DNA from: a virus
Direction: 5' to 3' (one strand)
Virus record (IMG/VR): IMGVR_UViG_3300047373_000743
Coordinates: 1-64,000 of that record
Length of the DNA stretch: 64,000 bases
Positions 11,982 through 22,370 of this stretch are shown here, in pieces; position 1 is the first letter of the stretch; every line of letters starts with the position of its first letter. A program made the position numbers and the translations under genes. The notes under the pieces were generated by a model, which was given only the letters and a program-made list of their open reading frames with translations, made no database searches and was not told where the DNA came from.

Positions 11982-12479
11982 ATGAAAAACTACGGATTAA
12001 ATAAGTCCAATGGAACAGGACTTGGTAAACACGTTCCAAATTTAAGAGACGAATTTTTAACCCCATTCGACTCTATTTTTGACAAGATGGTCAATCAAGC
12101 ATTTCCAAACTTCGGACAGGAATTCGGAGTAAACTTTTTTGGAAATAGTTCATACCCGAGAGTAAATGTTGCAGACACAAGCAAAGAAGTTAGAATCGAG
12201 GCAGAAATCGCAGGTCTTGGAAAAGAAGATGTATCTGTTGAATATGAAGATGGTATGCTTACGATTGCTGGTGACAAGAAAGTGGAAATTGAAGACCCAG
12301 ACGTAAAGTATGTTTACAAAGAACTCAAGCGGTCTTCTTTTAAAAGATCATTTAAAGTTGATGACTCAACTTTAAATGTAAACAAGATTTCCGCAAAGTT
12401 TGACAACGGAATTCTAAATGTTACTATTCCAAAAAAAGAAGTAATTGAAACAAAAGCAAAAAAGGTAAAAATTCTTTAA
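11982..12479 (+). CDS. hsp20: Small heat shock protein (Hsp20/IbpA family)
   Basis: YPRVNV, EAEIAGLGKEDVSV, LTIAG, SFKRSF and AKFDNGILNVTIPK alpha-crystallin motifs; ATG 11982 with SD preferred over GTG 11892. Confidence 0.92.
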   Translation: MKNYGLNKSNGTGLGKHVPNLRDEFLTPFDSIFDKMVNQAFPNFGQEFGVNFFGNSSYPRVNVADTSKEVRIEAEIAGLGKEDVSVEYEDGMLTIAGDKKVEIEDPDVKYVYKELKRSSFKRSFKVDDSTLNVNKISAKFDNGILNVTIPKKEVIETKAKKVKIL

Positions 12480-12503
12480 ATTAAATTTCAAAAACTTGAA
12501 ATT

Positions 12504-12533
12504 AAAAGGGGTAAAAAATTTTACCCCTTTTTT
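12504..12533 (+). terminator. Intrinsic terminator
   Basis: AAAAGGGGTAAAA-AA-TTTTACCCCTTTT hairpin with T-tail after hsp20. Confidence 0.85.
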
Positions 12534-12534
12534 A

Positions 12535-12541
12535 TATTTAT
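12535..12541 (+). promoter_or_regulatory. Putative late promoter TATTTAT
   Basis: Recurrent intergenic motif; 4 nt before the ATG. Confidence 0.55.
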
Positions 12542-12545
12542 CAAT

Positions 12546-13304
12546 ATGAAAGAAAAAATTGCGTGTGCTTTATTCGGCCAACCAAGGCATCATTATAAAG
12601 GATTTAAAAATATTTCAAATTCATTTAACGATAGCAAATGGGATGTAGATTTTTTTTGCCATAGTTATCAAGCAGATAAAACAGAAAAGTTCTATAAAGC
12701 ATCACCGTGGAGACCAAAGGCAGGTTTGTCCACAACCATCGAAAATACGAAATTGGAATTAAGTAAATTATACAACCCCACGCAGATTCAAATCGATCCA
12801 ACTTATGTCCATAGCAACAATTCAATAAAAGACTCACTTATTTATAATATTACAAAGCAAACACGACCGGATTTATATGATAATATAGGGAACACTTGGT
12901 CTCAAATAAATTCTCGTTCACGTGTGTGTAAACTTGTATCGGAAAGTAAGAACAAATATAAACTTGTGGTTATGACAAGATATGACCACAGACGATCATT
13001 TACTAAAATTTTAAATACAGATTTAGACGTAAACTACATATACTCTGGACCTAGAAAAGATGAAAAAGCACCACTGATTTCTGATCACCTACTTATTACT
13101 GGTTTTGAAAATTTTGTAAAAATATTTGATGTAAATAATAATTTGGAAAATATTAAAAATAATAAAAAGTTATACGAACTTTCAACGGAATTGAATACTC
13201 CATTTTTATTTAATGTAGAACAACTTATTTTACTAAATATAATGTATCATTTCGGAAACCTAGACATTTTAAAATATAACAAAGATATTCCTGGAATACT
13301 GTAG
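12546..13304 (+). CDS. Uncharacterised glycosyltransferase-like protein of large phages
   Basis: KIACALFGQPR...DFFCHSY...LYNP...VVMTRYD...ISDH pattern, recalled from proteins in viral glycosylation clusters. Confidence 0.5.
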   Translation: MKEKIACALFGQPRHHYKGFKNISNSFNDSKWDVDFFCHSYQADKTEKFYKASPWRPKAGLSTTIENTKLELSKLYNPTQIQIDPTYVHSNNSIKDSLIYNITKQTRPDLYDNIGNTWSQINSRSRVCKLVSESKNKYKLVVMTRYDHRRSFTKILNTDLDVNYIYSGPRKDEKAPLISDHLLITGFENFVKIFDVNNNLENIKNNKKLYELSTELNTPFLFNVEQLILLNIMYHFGNLDILKYNKDIPGIL

Positions 13305-13394
13305 TAATAAAAAAAGAGAAATTTTTTATAATTATATTATATTTATACATATAAGATTGTGGACGAATATTAGACGAAGGAGATATGTATTAAT

Positions 13395-14489
13395 ATGAAT
13401 ATTTTCACTGCCATTATAGGTGGGCTTGCACTTGCGGTGGCAGGAACAGCTGCTTTCTTTTCTGTTCGTGGTATAGGTCTTTTATTTGCAGGAGCAGCCA
13501 TTGCAGCTATGGTAATGGCCGGTGTTTTAGAAGCAGGTAAACTTGCTATGACTTCTTTTTTATATCGTTATTGGGAAAGAATTCCAAGAATGCTTAAGTG
13601 GTATTGCACAATTGCAGTTGTTGTTTTGATAGGAATAACCTCACTTGGTATTTATGGATTTTTAAGTGATGCTTATGATGATACTCGTTCTCGGGTGGAA
13701 ATGCACGAAAGTAATATTGAAACACTAAACAAAGAAATAGATGTTATTGAGACGGAGATAGCAACACTACAAAACACAGATGTTACGGTTGAAGGAAAGA
13801 AAACAGAAACAATAGCAGGTTTTCAAAAAATTTATGACGATTTTGTGGCAGATGGAAGAAAAAGACAAGAAGCACTTGCTAATAGAAACAAAACAGATAC
13901 AGACGCAAGAACTACACGCAGACAACAATTACTTGATCGTCTTTCTGTATTAGATTCCGCAAAAACTGCCATTGAAGCAAAGGGTGGTGGATTATTTTCA
14001 AGCAGTAAAAAGAAACTCGAAGAATTAAAAGTAGCACAACAACCAGAACGAGATTCTATCGCATCTTCATTATCATCTATTTCAGAAGAAGAAACATCCG
14101 CAACAAAACGATACAACGAATCACTTGCAAAAATAGATGAACAGATTACAGCAGAATATGATAAATTTGTGGAAAAGGTAAATGGTCTTCGTGATACAAC
14201 AAATGATTTAGACAACGTATCAGTCATTGAAGACAAATACACCAAGATAAAATCAAACCAATCAGAGATACTAAAAGAAAAAGAAGGAATTCGTGCAACT
14301 GATATAGGAAGTTTTCGTTTCATTGCAGAGTCTTTTGGTATGCCAGTTGATCAGGTTGTCAAGTGGTTTATTATCGTTATTGTTTTAGTTTTTGACCCTG
14401 TTGCAGTCGCACTTGTGCTTGCTTACAATATTATGGTAGGTGGAAGAATGACTCTTGGAGAAGAGTTACCGAAAAAAAAAATTGGATAG
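13395..14489 (+). CDS. Membrane protein: three N-terminal TM helices, long coiled coil, C-terminal TM
   Basis: Hydrophobic helices; [13 protein letters not shown]-terminal TM; AAGGAG SD upstream; TATTTAT at 13340. Confidence 0.8.
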   Translation: MNIFTAIIGGLALAVAGTAAFFSVRGIGLLFAGAAIAAMVMAGVLEAGKLAMTSFLYRYWERIPRMLKWYCTIAVVVLIGITSLGIYGFLSDAYDDTRSRVEMHESNIETLNKEIDVIETEIATLQNTDVTVEGKKTETIAGFQKIYDDFVADGRKRQEALANRNKTDTDARTTRRQQLLDRLSVLDSAKTAIEAKGGGLFSSSKKKLEELKVAQQPERDSIASSLSSISEEETSATKRYNESLAKIDEQITAEYDKFVEKVNGLRDTTNDLDNVSVIEDKYTKIKSNQSEILKEKEGIRATDIGSFRFIAESFGMPVDQVVKWFIIVIVLVFDPVAVALVLAYNIMVGGRMTLGEELPKKKIG

Positions 14490-15103
14490 ATAATTTACCA
14501 TTTGCTGATAAGTTACAAAAAGAGGGTGACTTTGAAGAAGATGAAGTTGTTGTTTTATTAGAAACACCTACTCCTACTCCCGAGGAAACTCCAACACCTA
14601 CTCCCGAGGAAACTCCTACTCCAACACCTACTCCCGAGGAAACTCCTACTCCAACACCTACTCCCGAGGAAACTCCTACTCCGACTCCTACTCCCGAGGA
14701 AACTCCTACTCCGACTCCTACTCCGACTCCTACTCCCGAGGAAACTCCTACACCTACTCCCGAGGAAACTCCTACTCCAACACCTACTCCCGAGGAAACT
14801 CCAACTCCTACTCCGACTCCTACTCCCGAGGAAACTCCTACTCCGACTCCTACTCCCGAGGAAACTCCGACCACACACTCAGATGCAATTATCAAAAAAG
14901 AAGATGATAATGTGATGTCAACTCCGATGTATGATGTAACTGACGACACAACCCCACCCGAAAATATGGGCCCATATTATGTTCCGTGGAAAAAAAGCAC
15001 AATGGATTATTATAACAAAATTAAAAACACACAAGTAAACAGTGGGTATCTAAGTGGCAGTACACTTGGTAATGTAGGTTTAAATAACGAAAAAAATAAT
15101 TGA
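14471..15103 (+). CDS. -1 frame extension of the membrane protein (TPTPEE-repeat tail), reached via the A10 run
   Basis: Frame open 14396-15103 with no ATG/GTG/TTG until 14912; reads [38 protein letters not shown]... Confidence 0.7.
   Translation, partial: EKKNWIDNLPFADKLQKEGDFEEDEVVVLLETPTPTPEETPTPTPEETPTPTPTPEETPTPTPTPEETPTPTPTPEETPTPTPTPTPTPEETPTPTPEETPTPTPTPEETPTPTPTPTPEETPTPTPTPEETPTTHSDAIIKKEDDNVMSTPMYDVTDDTTPPENMGPYYVPWKKSTMDYYNKIKNTQVNSGYLSGSTLGNVGLNNEKNN
14562..14870 (+). repeat. Tandem repeat cctactcccgaggaaact (TPTPEE)n
   Basis: About nine imperfect units, all multiples of 3 nt. Confidence 0.9.
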
Positions 15104-15129
15104 CTTATTTAATTATCCTGTTTTACTAT
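15100..15129 (+). promoter_or_regulatory. Sigma70-like promoter TTGACT-18-TACTAT
   Basis: Intergenic; directly upstream of ATG 15134 and the sigma factor gene. Confidence 0.5.
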
Positions 15130-15133
15130 AAGT

Positions 15134-15388
15134 ATGTATTTTATATATTGGACAATAATATCTGTACCAATCTTCCTGATTTTGGTGTATGCAATTTTAA
15201 ATTTGTATAGAAAAATTAAAGTATATGAAGGTTGGATACTTGAGATAAAAAAAGATACAGATAAACTTCAAGAGAGCATAACAGAGGTTGATTCAAAGAA
15301 TATGTTTGAGCGTGATGATGAAGTTGGTGTGGTGTTTGAACAAATAAAAGGACTGGTTGGTTCGTTTAACAAAAAGGTACAAAATTAG
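15134..15388 (+). CDS. Small membrane-anchored coiled-coil protein
   Basis: N-terminal TM helix followed by a heptad-like region. Confidence 0.7.
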   Translation: MYFIYWTIISVPIFLILVYAILNLYRKIKVYEGWILEIKKDTDKLQESITEVDSKNMFERDDEVGVVFEQIKGLVGSFNKKVQN

Positions 15389-16101
15389 TGAAAAAAAGAA
15401 GAGCAAAAAAGAAAAAAAATATGTATTTTACTCAAGAAACAGAAGATGCAATAATTGAGTATAATAAAGAAGAAGATGATATGGTTATCAGAAACAGGAT
15501 TTATGAAGATAAAATTAAGTATGCATTTGAAAAACTCGCAGAGAACATTTTAAACACATTTAAGTTTTCTTATTTTGAGTGTAGTCACGAAGAAGTTCAA
15601 ATGGAAGTGGTTAGTAATTTGGTTTCTAATATGCACAAATTTAAAGAAGGTAAAGGCAAGGCATTTTCATATTTTAGCATAATTGCTAAAAACTTTTTGA
15701 TTCTTTATAATAATGGAAATTATAAAAAGTTTAAACGACACACCAGTGTCGATGATGAAGAGGTCGTATTCGAACATAAAGAACTTACATATTTTCCAGC
15801 AGAAACTGCAAGAAAAAATGAACTACGTGAATTTATGAAATTGATGGTTGAATACTGGGACGGCCGTGTAGATACAATGTTTAAAAGAAAACCAGAGAGA
15901 GATATTGCGGCCGCAGTTATAGAAGTATTTAGACGATCAGATAACATTGAAAATTTCAATAAAAAAGCTTTATATTTGTATATACGTGAAATGACCAATT
16001 GTAAAACTCAAGCAATTACTAAAGTCATTGGCAAAATGAAAAAAACCCAAACTGATATCTACAGAGAGTATAAAGAAACGGGTGCGATAGCAACAGAATA
16101 A
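15388..16101 (+). CDS. Phage late-transcription sigma factor (T4 gp55-like)
   Basis: YFTQETEDAIIEYN...KLAENI...KFKEGKGKAFSYFSIIAKNFL resembles sigma region 2 of gp55-type factors. Confidence 0.65.
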   Translation: MKKRRAKKKKNMYFTQETEDAIIEYNKEEDDMVIRNRIYEDKIKYAFEKLAENILNTFKFSYFECSHEEVQMEVVSNLVSNMHKFKEGKGKAFSYFSIIAKNFLILYNNGNYKKFKRHTSVDDEEVVFEHKELTYFPAETARKNELREFMKLMVEYWDGRVDTMFKRKPERDIAAAVIEVFRRSDNIENFNKKALYLYIREMTNCKTQAITKVIGKMKKTQTDIYREYKETGAIATE

Positions 16102-16117
16102 AAACTATGTATATGTA

Positions 16118-16124
16118 TATTTAT
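16118..16124 (+). promoter_or_regulatory. Putative late promoter TATTTAT
   Basis: 5 nt before ATG 16130. Confidence 0.6.
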
Positions 16125-16129
16125 AATTT

Positions 16130-16546
16130 ATGGAAAATGACACAGAAATATTTGACGGAAAAACATTTTCTTCATTGATAAAGGATATATACTTCAACTC
16201 TTCCCATAAAAAAGATCAGATAAATCAGCTAATAAAGGACCTACATAAAATGGTCAAGGATTCGGGTAGTGCAACAGTAATAGCACCCATGATAAAAGAC
16301 TATCTGGATGTGGGTATAAAAAACGATGATCAACTGGTAAAGTTGTCTGCGGTTTTACAAAGATTTATTTCAGGAGGCCCTGCATCCGAAACTGACTCCG
16401 GTGTGGGTGGTATTTTAAGTGAAGATGAGAAAAAACAGCTGTTATCTAATGTTAAAAAAGAAATTAAAACAATAAAGGGTGAAGAGGATGAGATTAATTT
16501 AAATTTAACTAAAATAAAAGATAAGTTTACATCAGATGGCCCATAG
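16130..16546 (+). CDS. Hypothetical phage protein (helical)
   Basis: 138 aa; overlaps the start of the spike gene. Confidence 0.7.
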   Translation: MENDTEIFDGKTFSSLIKDIYFNSSHKKDQINQLIKDLHKMVKDSGSATVIAPMIKDYLDVGIKNDDQLVKLSAVLQRFISGGPASETDSGVGGILSEDEKKQLLSNVKKEIKTIKGEEDEINLNLTKIKDKFTSDGP

Positions 16547-19500
16547 TAAATACTATAAACAATCCAATAAACGTGAGATAGAGGTATCGACACTGATGAC
16601 TCAGCGTCAGATATACAACAAATCACCCGAAGGAATATTGTTTTATGAATTGGAACCGGCAATTGTTATAGATGTTATACGAGATGAAACCCATCCAATT
16701 TTTAAGGATAAAAAAAATTACCCAAAGGTAAGCACGGAAGAGTGGCCAACAAACTACAACGACTCTGATACACCCGATTACTCGTGGATAGGTAGGATTC
16801 GTGCCAGATTGATTATTGAACAAGAAACCACACCGGTTGATGAACTGGGGTGGATAATACCCCAGGAAAACACTATACGAGAATATCCACTTGTAAACGA
16901 GTTGGTCATCGTATCTACCTATATGAATTCTCGTTATTATACACGGAGACTTAATACTAGAAACTTTATAAATACTTCCGCTGATTATAGGTATGAACAT
17001 AGATACGGAAAAACAAAAGGAATAACATCAACTACTAGTGCTAATTTAGTTGGGGCCAGAAATCCGTCTGATATAAGCAAAGAATCAAATAAGTATGGTC
17101 AGTATTTGGGTAGGTATTTTAAGGCAAATCATAAAATAAGACCACTTAAACATTTTGAGGGTGATACAATAATTGAAAGTAGGTTTGGTAGTAGTATACG
17201 GTTCGGTGGATATGAAGATAAACCCGAAATTGACAGAGGTACATCATATGGAGATGGAGAATCATATGATTCAAATTTAGGAAATCCTATGATACTAATA
17301 CGGAACCGCCAGAGACCTACGGTAGACGAAGAAATAAAGTACCAATACAACATATTAGAAGATGTAAACAGAGACGGTAGTTCAGTTCAAATAACTTCTG
17401 GAAACACCGTCTCTCAATTTATTTCTACAATCTCACATTCATATGACAATATAGGATATGGTTGCATAGGGTGCCGTTCGGGAGGTTTTATGGGATTGTA
17501 TAGGCTCTCTAAATCTGCCATCGGCGCAAGGAAAATTTCTAGTACAGGACAACCAAATTCGGTGGGTTCACTGAATGGAGTTGCAACACCCAATGCATCG
17601 GCAATAAAAAATACAGCATCAGCAACTACTGATCAATTAAAAACATCTACATCCGATGTGTTGGATCAGGTGTCTAGTAAGAACCCATATACAAGTATGG
17701 CCATGTCTTTAAAAAAAGGAGGTCTGGGAGCTGCAGTGGGGACAGGCATCGGAATGGCAGTTGCCGGACCAATTGGTGGTATGGTGGGTGACCGACTTGG
17801 TAAGCTCGGAGAATCGTCCTTTAAAAAGTTTATAAATGCACCAGGTTCTCCGACATCAAACTCTAGATCACATAGAAAAAAGTTTTCAAAAAGTATAGTA
17901 AGTGGAAACTTTTCACTAAACCCTGTATATGAACGGGGGATTATAAGTGCAGGAACTAAGGCCAAATCCGCTGCGAAAAATAGTTTACTTGGTTCATCAG
18001 CAGGTAATGCCATCTCGGCCGCAAATTCATTAGGAATTGAGATCCCAGCGGTCAACGATCTTGGAATTTCATCTGATGACAGTCCCATGTTTGCAATATT
18101 TAAATTAGCTTCATTTGGTCTAAAATCCATTTGTGCAAGTGTTGACGGAACAAGTGGTTCATCTAAGACAGAAAATAAACTCGGTTGGTTGCTTTCAATT
18201 GGAATTGATTTGACATTACTTGCTTTGTTAATGAGTTTGTTTGAAAAACTAAGAAATTTAAAATTTAATTTTGGTGGATTTGATGGGTTTAACTTAGATA
18301 ACCTATTGTTTGACCTATGTGACTGGGTAAACAAACTTGAATACAAAAACACATTGGTAGATACTTTTAGAAATGAGGGTAACAAACTTCTCACCGACGC
18401 AGAATTAACAAAACAACTAGGGGATACTTTCATACAAGACGGAACATATAATTCATTTGCAAGAAATAACACAGACTTTGACATGAACTATAAATCATTA
18501 GTTGGAGATTTAAGTGAGATACAGGACTCTGCAAAAAACTTTGGCCAAACTAACATAGGATTGACTAAGGATGATAAGAGCATAGCTCAGGTTAAATTCG
18601 ATCCACTAACTGGGTTGTTTCGAGAGAAACAAAAAACAGGTGAACCACAACCAACCCCTGTGGGTGGAACAATGGCCAATTTGTCTATAGGGGGTCCTGG
18701 TGTGTCTATCAATGACATTAAAAACTCAACAACAGGGTCATTTAGCATAGACAAAGCAAACACACCCACACGGGGTTCATCAACCACACCTCCCACGCAG
18801 AATATACCCCAACACTTATACACCACCCCAGCTGAAAAAAATAATTTAACTAAGTTGTTGAGTCGTGAACTAACTCCTGTTCCAGATCAGGCCACAGAAA
18901 CAACTTCTTTTCTATCTGGTGAGAAAATAACAAGAGAGTCGTTACGTGGAACCGTACTGGAAAACGCAGATTTAAATGCAGTATCACTACTTGATAAAGA
19001 AGACTTAGATACTTTAAAAAATACAGATGAAGTTGATGCAGCTGTAGCAAACGCGACCAACTTATATAAAGAAGAGTTTTCCAGAGAACTTGAAAAAACG
19101 GAAAAACGTATTCTAAAAAAAAGTGATTCTGGAGCCATCTTTGGAAAACAACTACCTGAGTTAACAGGGAATCAGATATTGTTAAACTCAGAGCGCATAC
19201 TAATTTCATCAAAAACACAGGAAACAGGAATTTTTTCTAAAAAAAAGTTCTTTGTGACAACAGATGACGAAATAACAATGGACGCGAAAAGTCGTATTGT
19301 ACTACGCAGTGATGCTCACATATCATTTGCCACTCCAAGTATTCATCTGGGGAGTTATACATCAGAGTGCCACCCGACATTGAAGGGTGATTGCACAACT
19401 GCTTGGTTAAGTGACCTATGTGGTTGGTTGTCTTCTCACGTACACCACGACCCATATATAACAACATCAAGACCAGCCCAACAGGGTCAACTTGCAAGTT

Positions 19501-19553
19501 TACGTGCAAGATTGCCTACATTATTAAGTGAACGGATATTTATATCTGGATAA
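16536..19553 (+). CDS. Baseplate hub/central spike protein (gp5/gpV-like) with a large internal insertion
   Basis: OB-fold-like N-terminus (YPLVNELVIV), FEGDTIIESRFGSSIRFG, beta-rich GNQILLNSERILISSK region, C-terminal HVH tip motif; lies upstream of gp25/gp6. Confidence 0.65.
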   Translation: MAHSKYYKQSNKREIEVSTLMTQRQIYNKSPEGILFYELEPAIVIDVIRDETHPIFKDKKNYPKVSTEEWPTNYNDSDTPDYSWIGRIRARLIIEQETTPVDELGWIIPQENTIREYPLVNELVIVSTYMNSRYYTRRLNTRNFINTSADYRYEHRYGKTKGITSTTSANLVGARNPSDISKESNKYGQYLGRYFKANHKIRPLKHFEGDTIIESRFGSSIRFGGYEDKPEIDRGTSYGDGESYDSNLGNPMILIRNRQRPTVDEEIKYQYNILEDVNRDGSSVQITSGNTVSQFISTISHSYDNIGYGCIGCRSGGFMGLYRLSKSAIGARKISSTGQPNSVGSLNGVATPNASAIKNTASATTDQLKTSTSDVLDQVSSKNPYTSMAMSLKKGGLGAAVGTGIGMAVAGPIGGMVGDRLGKLGESSFKKFINAPGSPTSNSRSHRKKFSKSIVSGNFSLNPVYERGIISAGTKAKSAAKNSLLGSSAGNAISAANSLGIEIPAVNDLGISSDDSPMFAIFKLASFGLKSICASVDGTSGSSKTENKLGWLLSIGIDLTLLALLMSLFEKLRNLKFNFGGFDGFNLDNLLFDLCDWVNKLEYKNTLVDTFRNEGNKLLTDAELTKQLGDTFIQDGTYNSFARNNTDFDMNYKSLVGDLSEIQDSAKNFGQTNIGLTKDDKSIAQVKFDPLTGLFREKQKTGEPQPTPVGGTMANLSIGGPGVSINDIKNSTTGSFSIDKANTPTRGSSTTPPTQNIPQHLYTTPAEKNNLTKLLSRELTPVPDQATETTSFLSGEKITRESLRGTVLENADLNAVSLLDKEDLDTLKNTDEVDAAVANATNLYKEEFSRELEKTEKRILKKSDSGAIFGKQLPELTGNQILLNSERILISSKTQETGIFSKKKFFVTTDDEITMDAKSRIVLRSDAHISFATPSIHLGSYTSECHPTLKGDCTTAWLSDLCGWLSSHVHHDPYITTSRPAQQGQLASLRARLPTLLSERIFISG

Positions 19554-19579
19554 GTTATATATTTATATTTATTAAAGTT

Positions 19580-19999
19580 ATGAAAAAATCAGAATTAGTT
19601 GAAATAATAAGAGTTGCAGTTCGCAAGGAACTGAAGAGTACTATACCGGTTATGTTAAAAGAATATATTGGCTCTGCTGGTGTTTTAAATCCAACCGAAG
19701 ACATTGTTGAGGTTGCTAGAAACAAAATAAGTGTATCTAGAAAAAAACAACCAAAAAAACCACAAAAACACTATACGAATAACCTCGCTATAAATAAAAT
19801 TTTAAATGAAACCGTAGGAGGTATCCCACAAGAGGGTAATATGGTAAGTGGTGGACCACAACAAGTTAATGAATTTACGGATCATACGGGCAATGGGGTT
19901 GATATCAACAAGCTACCCGATCATGTTTCAAATGCGCTAACACGAGATTATTCAGATGTAATGAAGTTGGTAGACGCAAAACGGGGTGGGGGTTCTTGA
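19580..19999 (+). CDS. Hypothetical virion protein
   Basis: MKKSELVEIIR..VRKEL leader and KILNET motif; tandem TATTTAT at 19560-19572. Confidence 0.7.
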   Translation: MKKSELVEIIRVAVRKELKSTIPVMLKEYIGSAGVLNPTEDIVEVARNKISVSRKKQPKKPQKHYTNNLAINKILNETVGGIPQEGNMVSGGPQQVNEFTDHTGNGVDINKLPDHVSNALTRDYSDVMKLVDAKRGGGS

Positions 20000-20385
20000 T
20001 GGAAGATAGGATTCCAGTTGGGATTGTTATGCCTTATCGCAGAGGGGATTCTGGTTTTTTTAAACAGACATATTCTGATATGGAACGTGCCATCAACAAT
20101 TTAAAAATGTTACTAATGACGGCAAAAGGAGAACGTCCTATGATGCCAACATACGGAAGCGATTTACGAGAAATAATATTTGAAAATAACACAGAGGGCC
20201 TTGCCGATGATTTACTAGAAGATGCCGTAAAATCTGCTACGGAAACATGGATGCCAGAGGTGCATATAAACTCAGTTATAACTGAACGTGACTTAAGAAA
20301 CCAACCAGAGAGTGTAGTTTTAAAAATAAAGTTTTTTATTGCTAATATTCCGGATTCTGATCAAGAATTAACCATTTCAATTTAG
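19999..20385 (+). CDS. Baseplate wedge subunit, gp25-like
   Basis: NLKMLLMTAKGERPMMPTYGSDL...W.PEV gp25 signature; ATG at 19999. Confidence 0.9.
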   Translation: MEDRIPVGIVMPYRRGDSGFFKQTYSDMERAINNLKMLLMTAKGERPMMPTYGSDLREIIFENNTEGLADDLLEDAVKSATETWMPEVHINSVITERDLRNQPESVVLKIKFFIANIPDSDQELTISI

Positions 20386-20387
20386 AT

Positions 20388-22370
20388 ATGACAGACATAG
20401 AAAACATTGAAAAAATAAAGACAACCTCCAGAGATATAGATTACTTAGGAAAGGATTTTAACTCATTTCGAGCCAACTTAATTGAGTACTCAAAATCATA
20501 TTTCCCAAAGACATATAAAGACTTTAGTGAAAATTCAACAGGAATGATGTTCATTGAAATGGCAAGTTATGTGGGTGACGTTTTATCATACTATATAGAT
20601 TATCAGTTCAAGGAGGGTTTTATTCAACACGCAGAAGAGCGTAAAAATGTAGTTACTCTTGCAAATTACCTTGGATATCAACCAAAGCCGGCATCAGCTG
20701 CGTTTGTAGAACTTGAAGTTTTTCAACTCGTACCTTCGGTATTAGATCAAGAAACAAGCAAAGTGGTTCCGGATTTTAGATTTTCAATGAATATACTAGC
20801 TGGTATGGAAGTTCAATCATCGGAGGCCACACCAACTACATTCAGAACACTGCAGGCTGTAAGCTTTATGGAGGATACAAAGGAGAGTCCACGTGAAGTT
20901 TCTGTTTTTCAAAGAGACCCAGACACCAGTGAGCCAACTTTTTATTTGTTAAAAAAGAAAACTATGGCGTCCGCTGGAACTAGAAAAGTTCGTGAGGTTA
21001 TGGTCGGCCCTGCTGAAGAATATTATGAAATCGAGTTAATAGAACCAGATGTACTTGAAATAGTCAATATTGAAGATGACCGAAAAAACAAGTATTATCA
21101 AGTACCAACATTGGCCAGTGACACAATTTTCTTACAAGATGAAAACACCCAAAAAAGAAATCCATTTTATTCAGAGTATGCAGAATCTGTACCATATGTG
21201 TTAAAACTACTAAGAACCTCCCGTAGATTTACAACCAGAGTAAATTCTGACAATACTACTACTATTGAATTCGGTCAGGGTCGTGATAAACTTGACGATG
21301 AAATAATAATTCCAAATTTAAATAATGTGGGACGGGTAATTGAAACTGATCGTGTATTTGAGGTTGCATACGATCCAGCTAACTTTCTTAAGACAAAGAG
21401 TTACGGAGAGGCTCCTGCCAACACAAAACTTACAGTTGAATACTATGTAGGTGGAGGTACCCAGTCAAATATAGCATCGAATACACTTAACACTATAACA
21501 AGAATTGAATATGGTGATTCGGTCGAATATTTAGATGAGTCCGATAGAAATATATTAAATCAATTAAAATCAAGTATTCGTGTTAATAACCCCAAACCAG
21601 CGTTGGGTGGCAGAGGTCCAGAGACAACCGATGAAATTAGAAAAAATGCACTTTCTTATTTTTCTGCACAAAACCGTGCAGTTACCCGTGAGGATTATGT
21701 TGTTAGAACATATTCAATGCCAACAAAATTTGGTGCTATAGCTAAGGCGTATGTTTCACCTGACGGAATATTAGACACACGAACTCAGTTTGAGTTTATT
21801 AATAATTTAGGGGAATCTACATCAAAGTTATCTAATACAGGTTTAACAAACGCATATGGTGAAATTAACAATCCATATGCTATTAATTTATATGTTCTGA
21901 GCTATGACAAAAACAAAAACTTAGTTTCTCCAAATGAGTTGGTCTATAAAAATTTAAGAACATACCTAAATCAGTACAAACTTTTAACTGATGGAATAAA
22001 TATAACCGATGCGTTTGTAGTTAATATTGGAATTGAGATAGAGATTGCGGTTTTTAAAACATACAATAAAATAGAAGTTTTAGACGAAGTTATATCAGAC
22101 GTAAAGTCTTATTTTAATATAGATAAGTGGAGCATCGGTCAGTCAATAGAACTCAGTGAGCTGGAACTTGAAATAAGTAAAGTTAGGGGTGTTAAGTCAG
22201 CAGTAAATGTTAGAATATACAATAAAACTATTAATGATGGAAACTACTCCGACAACGAATATAATTTAGAGTCGGCCACATATAATAAAGTTATATATCC
22301 ATCTGTCGATCCTTGTATTTTTGAATTGAAGTTTCCTGACCGTGACGTAGTTGGGAGGGTGGTGGAATGA
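20388..22370 (+). CDS. Baseplate wedge subunit, gp6-like (baseplate J family)
   Basis: KDFNSFRANLIEY, MFIEMASYVGDVLSYY, IEFGQG, GGRGPET, QNRAVTREDY motifs. Confidence 0.9.
   Translation: MTDIENIEKIKTTSRDIDYLGKDFNSFRANLIEYSKSYFPKTYKDFSENSTGMMFIEMASYVGDVLSYYIDYQFKEGFIQHAEERKNVVTLANYLGYQPKPASAAFVELEVFQLVPSVLDQETSKVVPDFRFSMNILAGMEVQSSEATPTTFRTLQAVSFMEDTKESPREVSVFQRDPDTSEPTFYLLKKKTMASAGTRKVREVMVGPAEEYYEIELIEPDVLEIVNIEDDRKNKYYQVPTLASDTIFLQDENTQKRNPFYSEYAESVPYVLKLLRTSRRFTTRVNSDNTTTIEFGQGRDKLDDEIIIPNLNNVGRVIETDRVFEVAYDPANFLKTKSYGEAPANTKLTVEYYVGGGTQSNIASNTLNTITRIEYGDSVEYLDESDRNILNQLKSSIRVNNPKPALGGRGPETTDEIRKNALSYFSAQNRAVTREDYVVRTYSMPTKFGAIAKAYVSPDGILDTRTQFEFINNLGESTSKLSNTGLTNAYGEINNPYAINLYVLSYDKNKNLVSPNELVYKNLRTYLNQYKLLTDGINITDAFVVNIGIEIEIAVFKTYNKIEVLDEVISDVKSYFNIDKWSIGQSIELSELELEISKVRGVKSAVNVRIYNKTINDGNYSDNEYNLESATYNKVIYPSVDPCIFELKFPDRDVVGRVVE

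Noticed and set aside
14562-14870. CRISPR-like array
   Set aside because: Units are tandem, in-frame and coding, with no unique spacers and no cas genes.
14912-15103. Stand-alone 63-aa gene
   Set aside because: No SD or promoter; it is the end of a longer open frame starting at the A10 run.
16130-16546. Small terminase assignment (also considered for 51701..52327)
   Set aside because: Size and helicity fit, but no diagnostic motif is recognisable; left as hypothetical.
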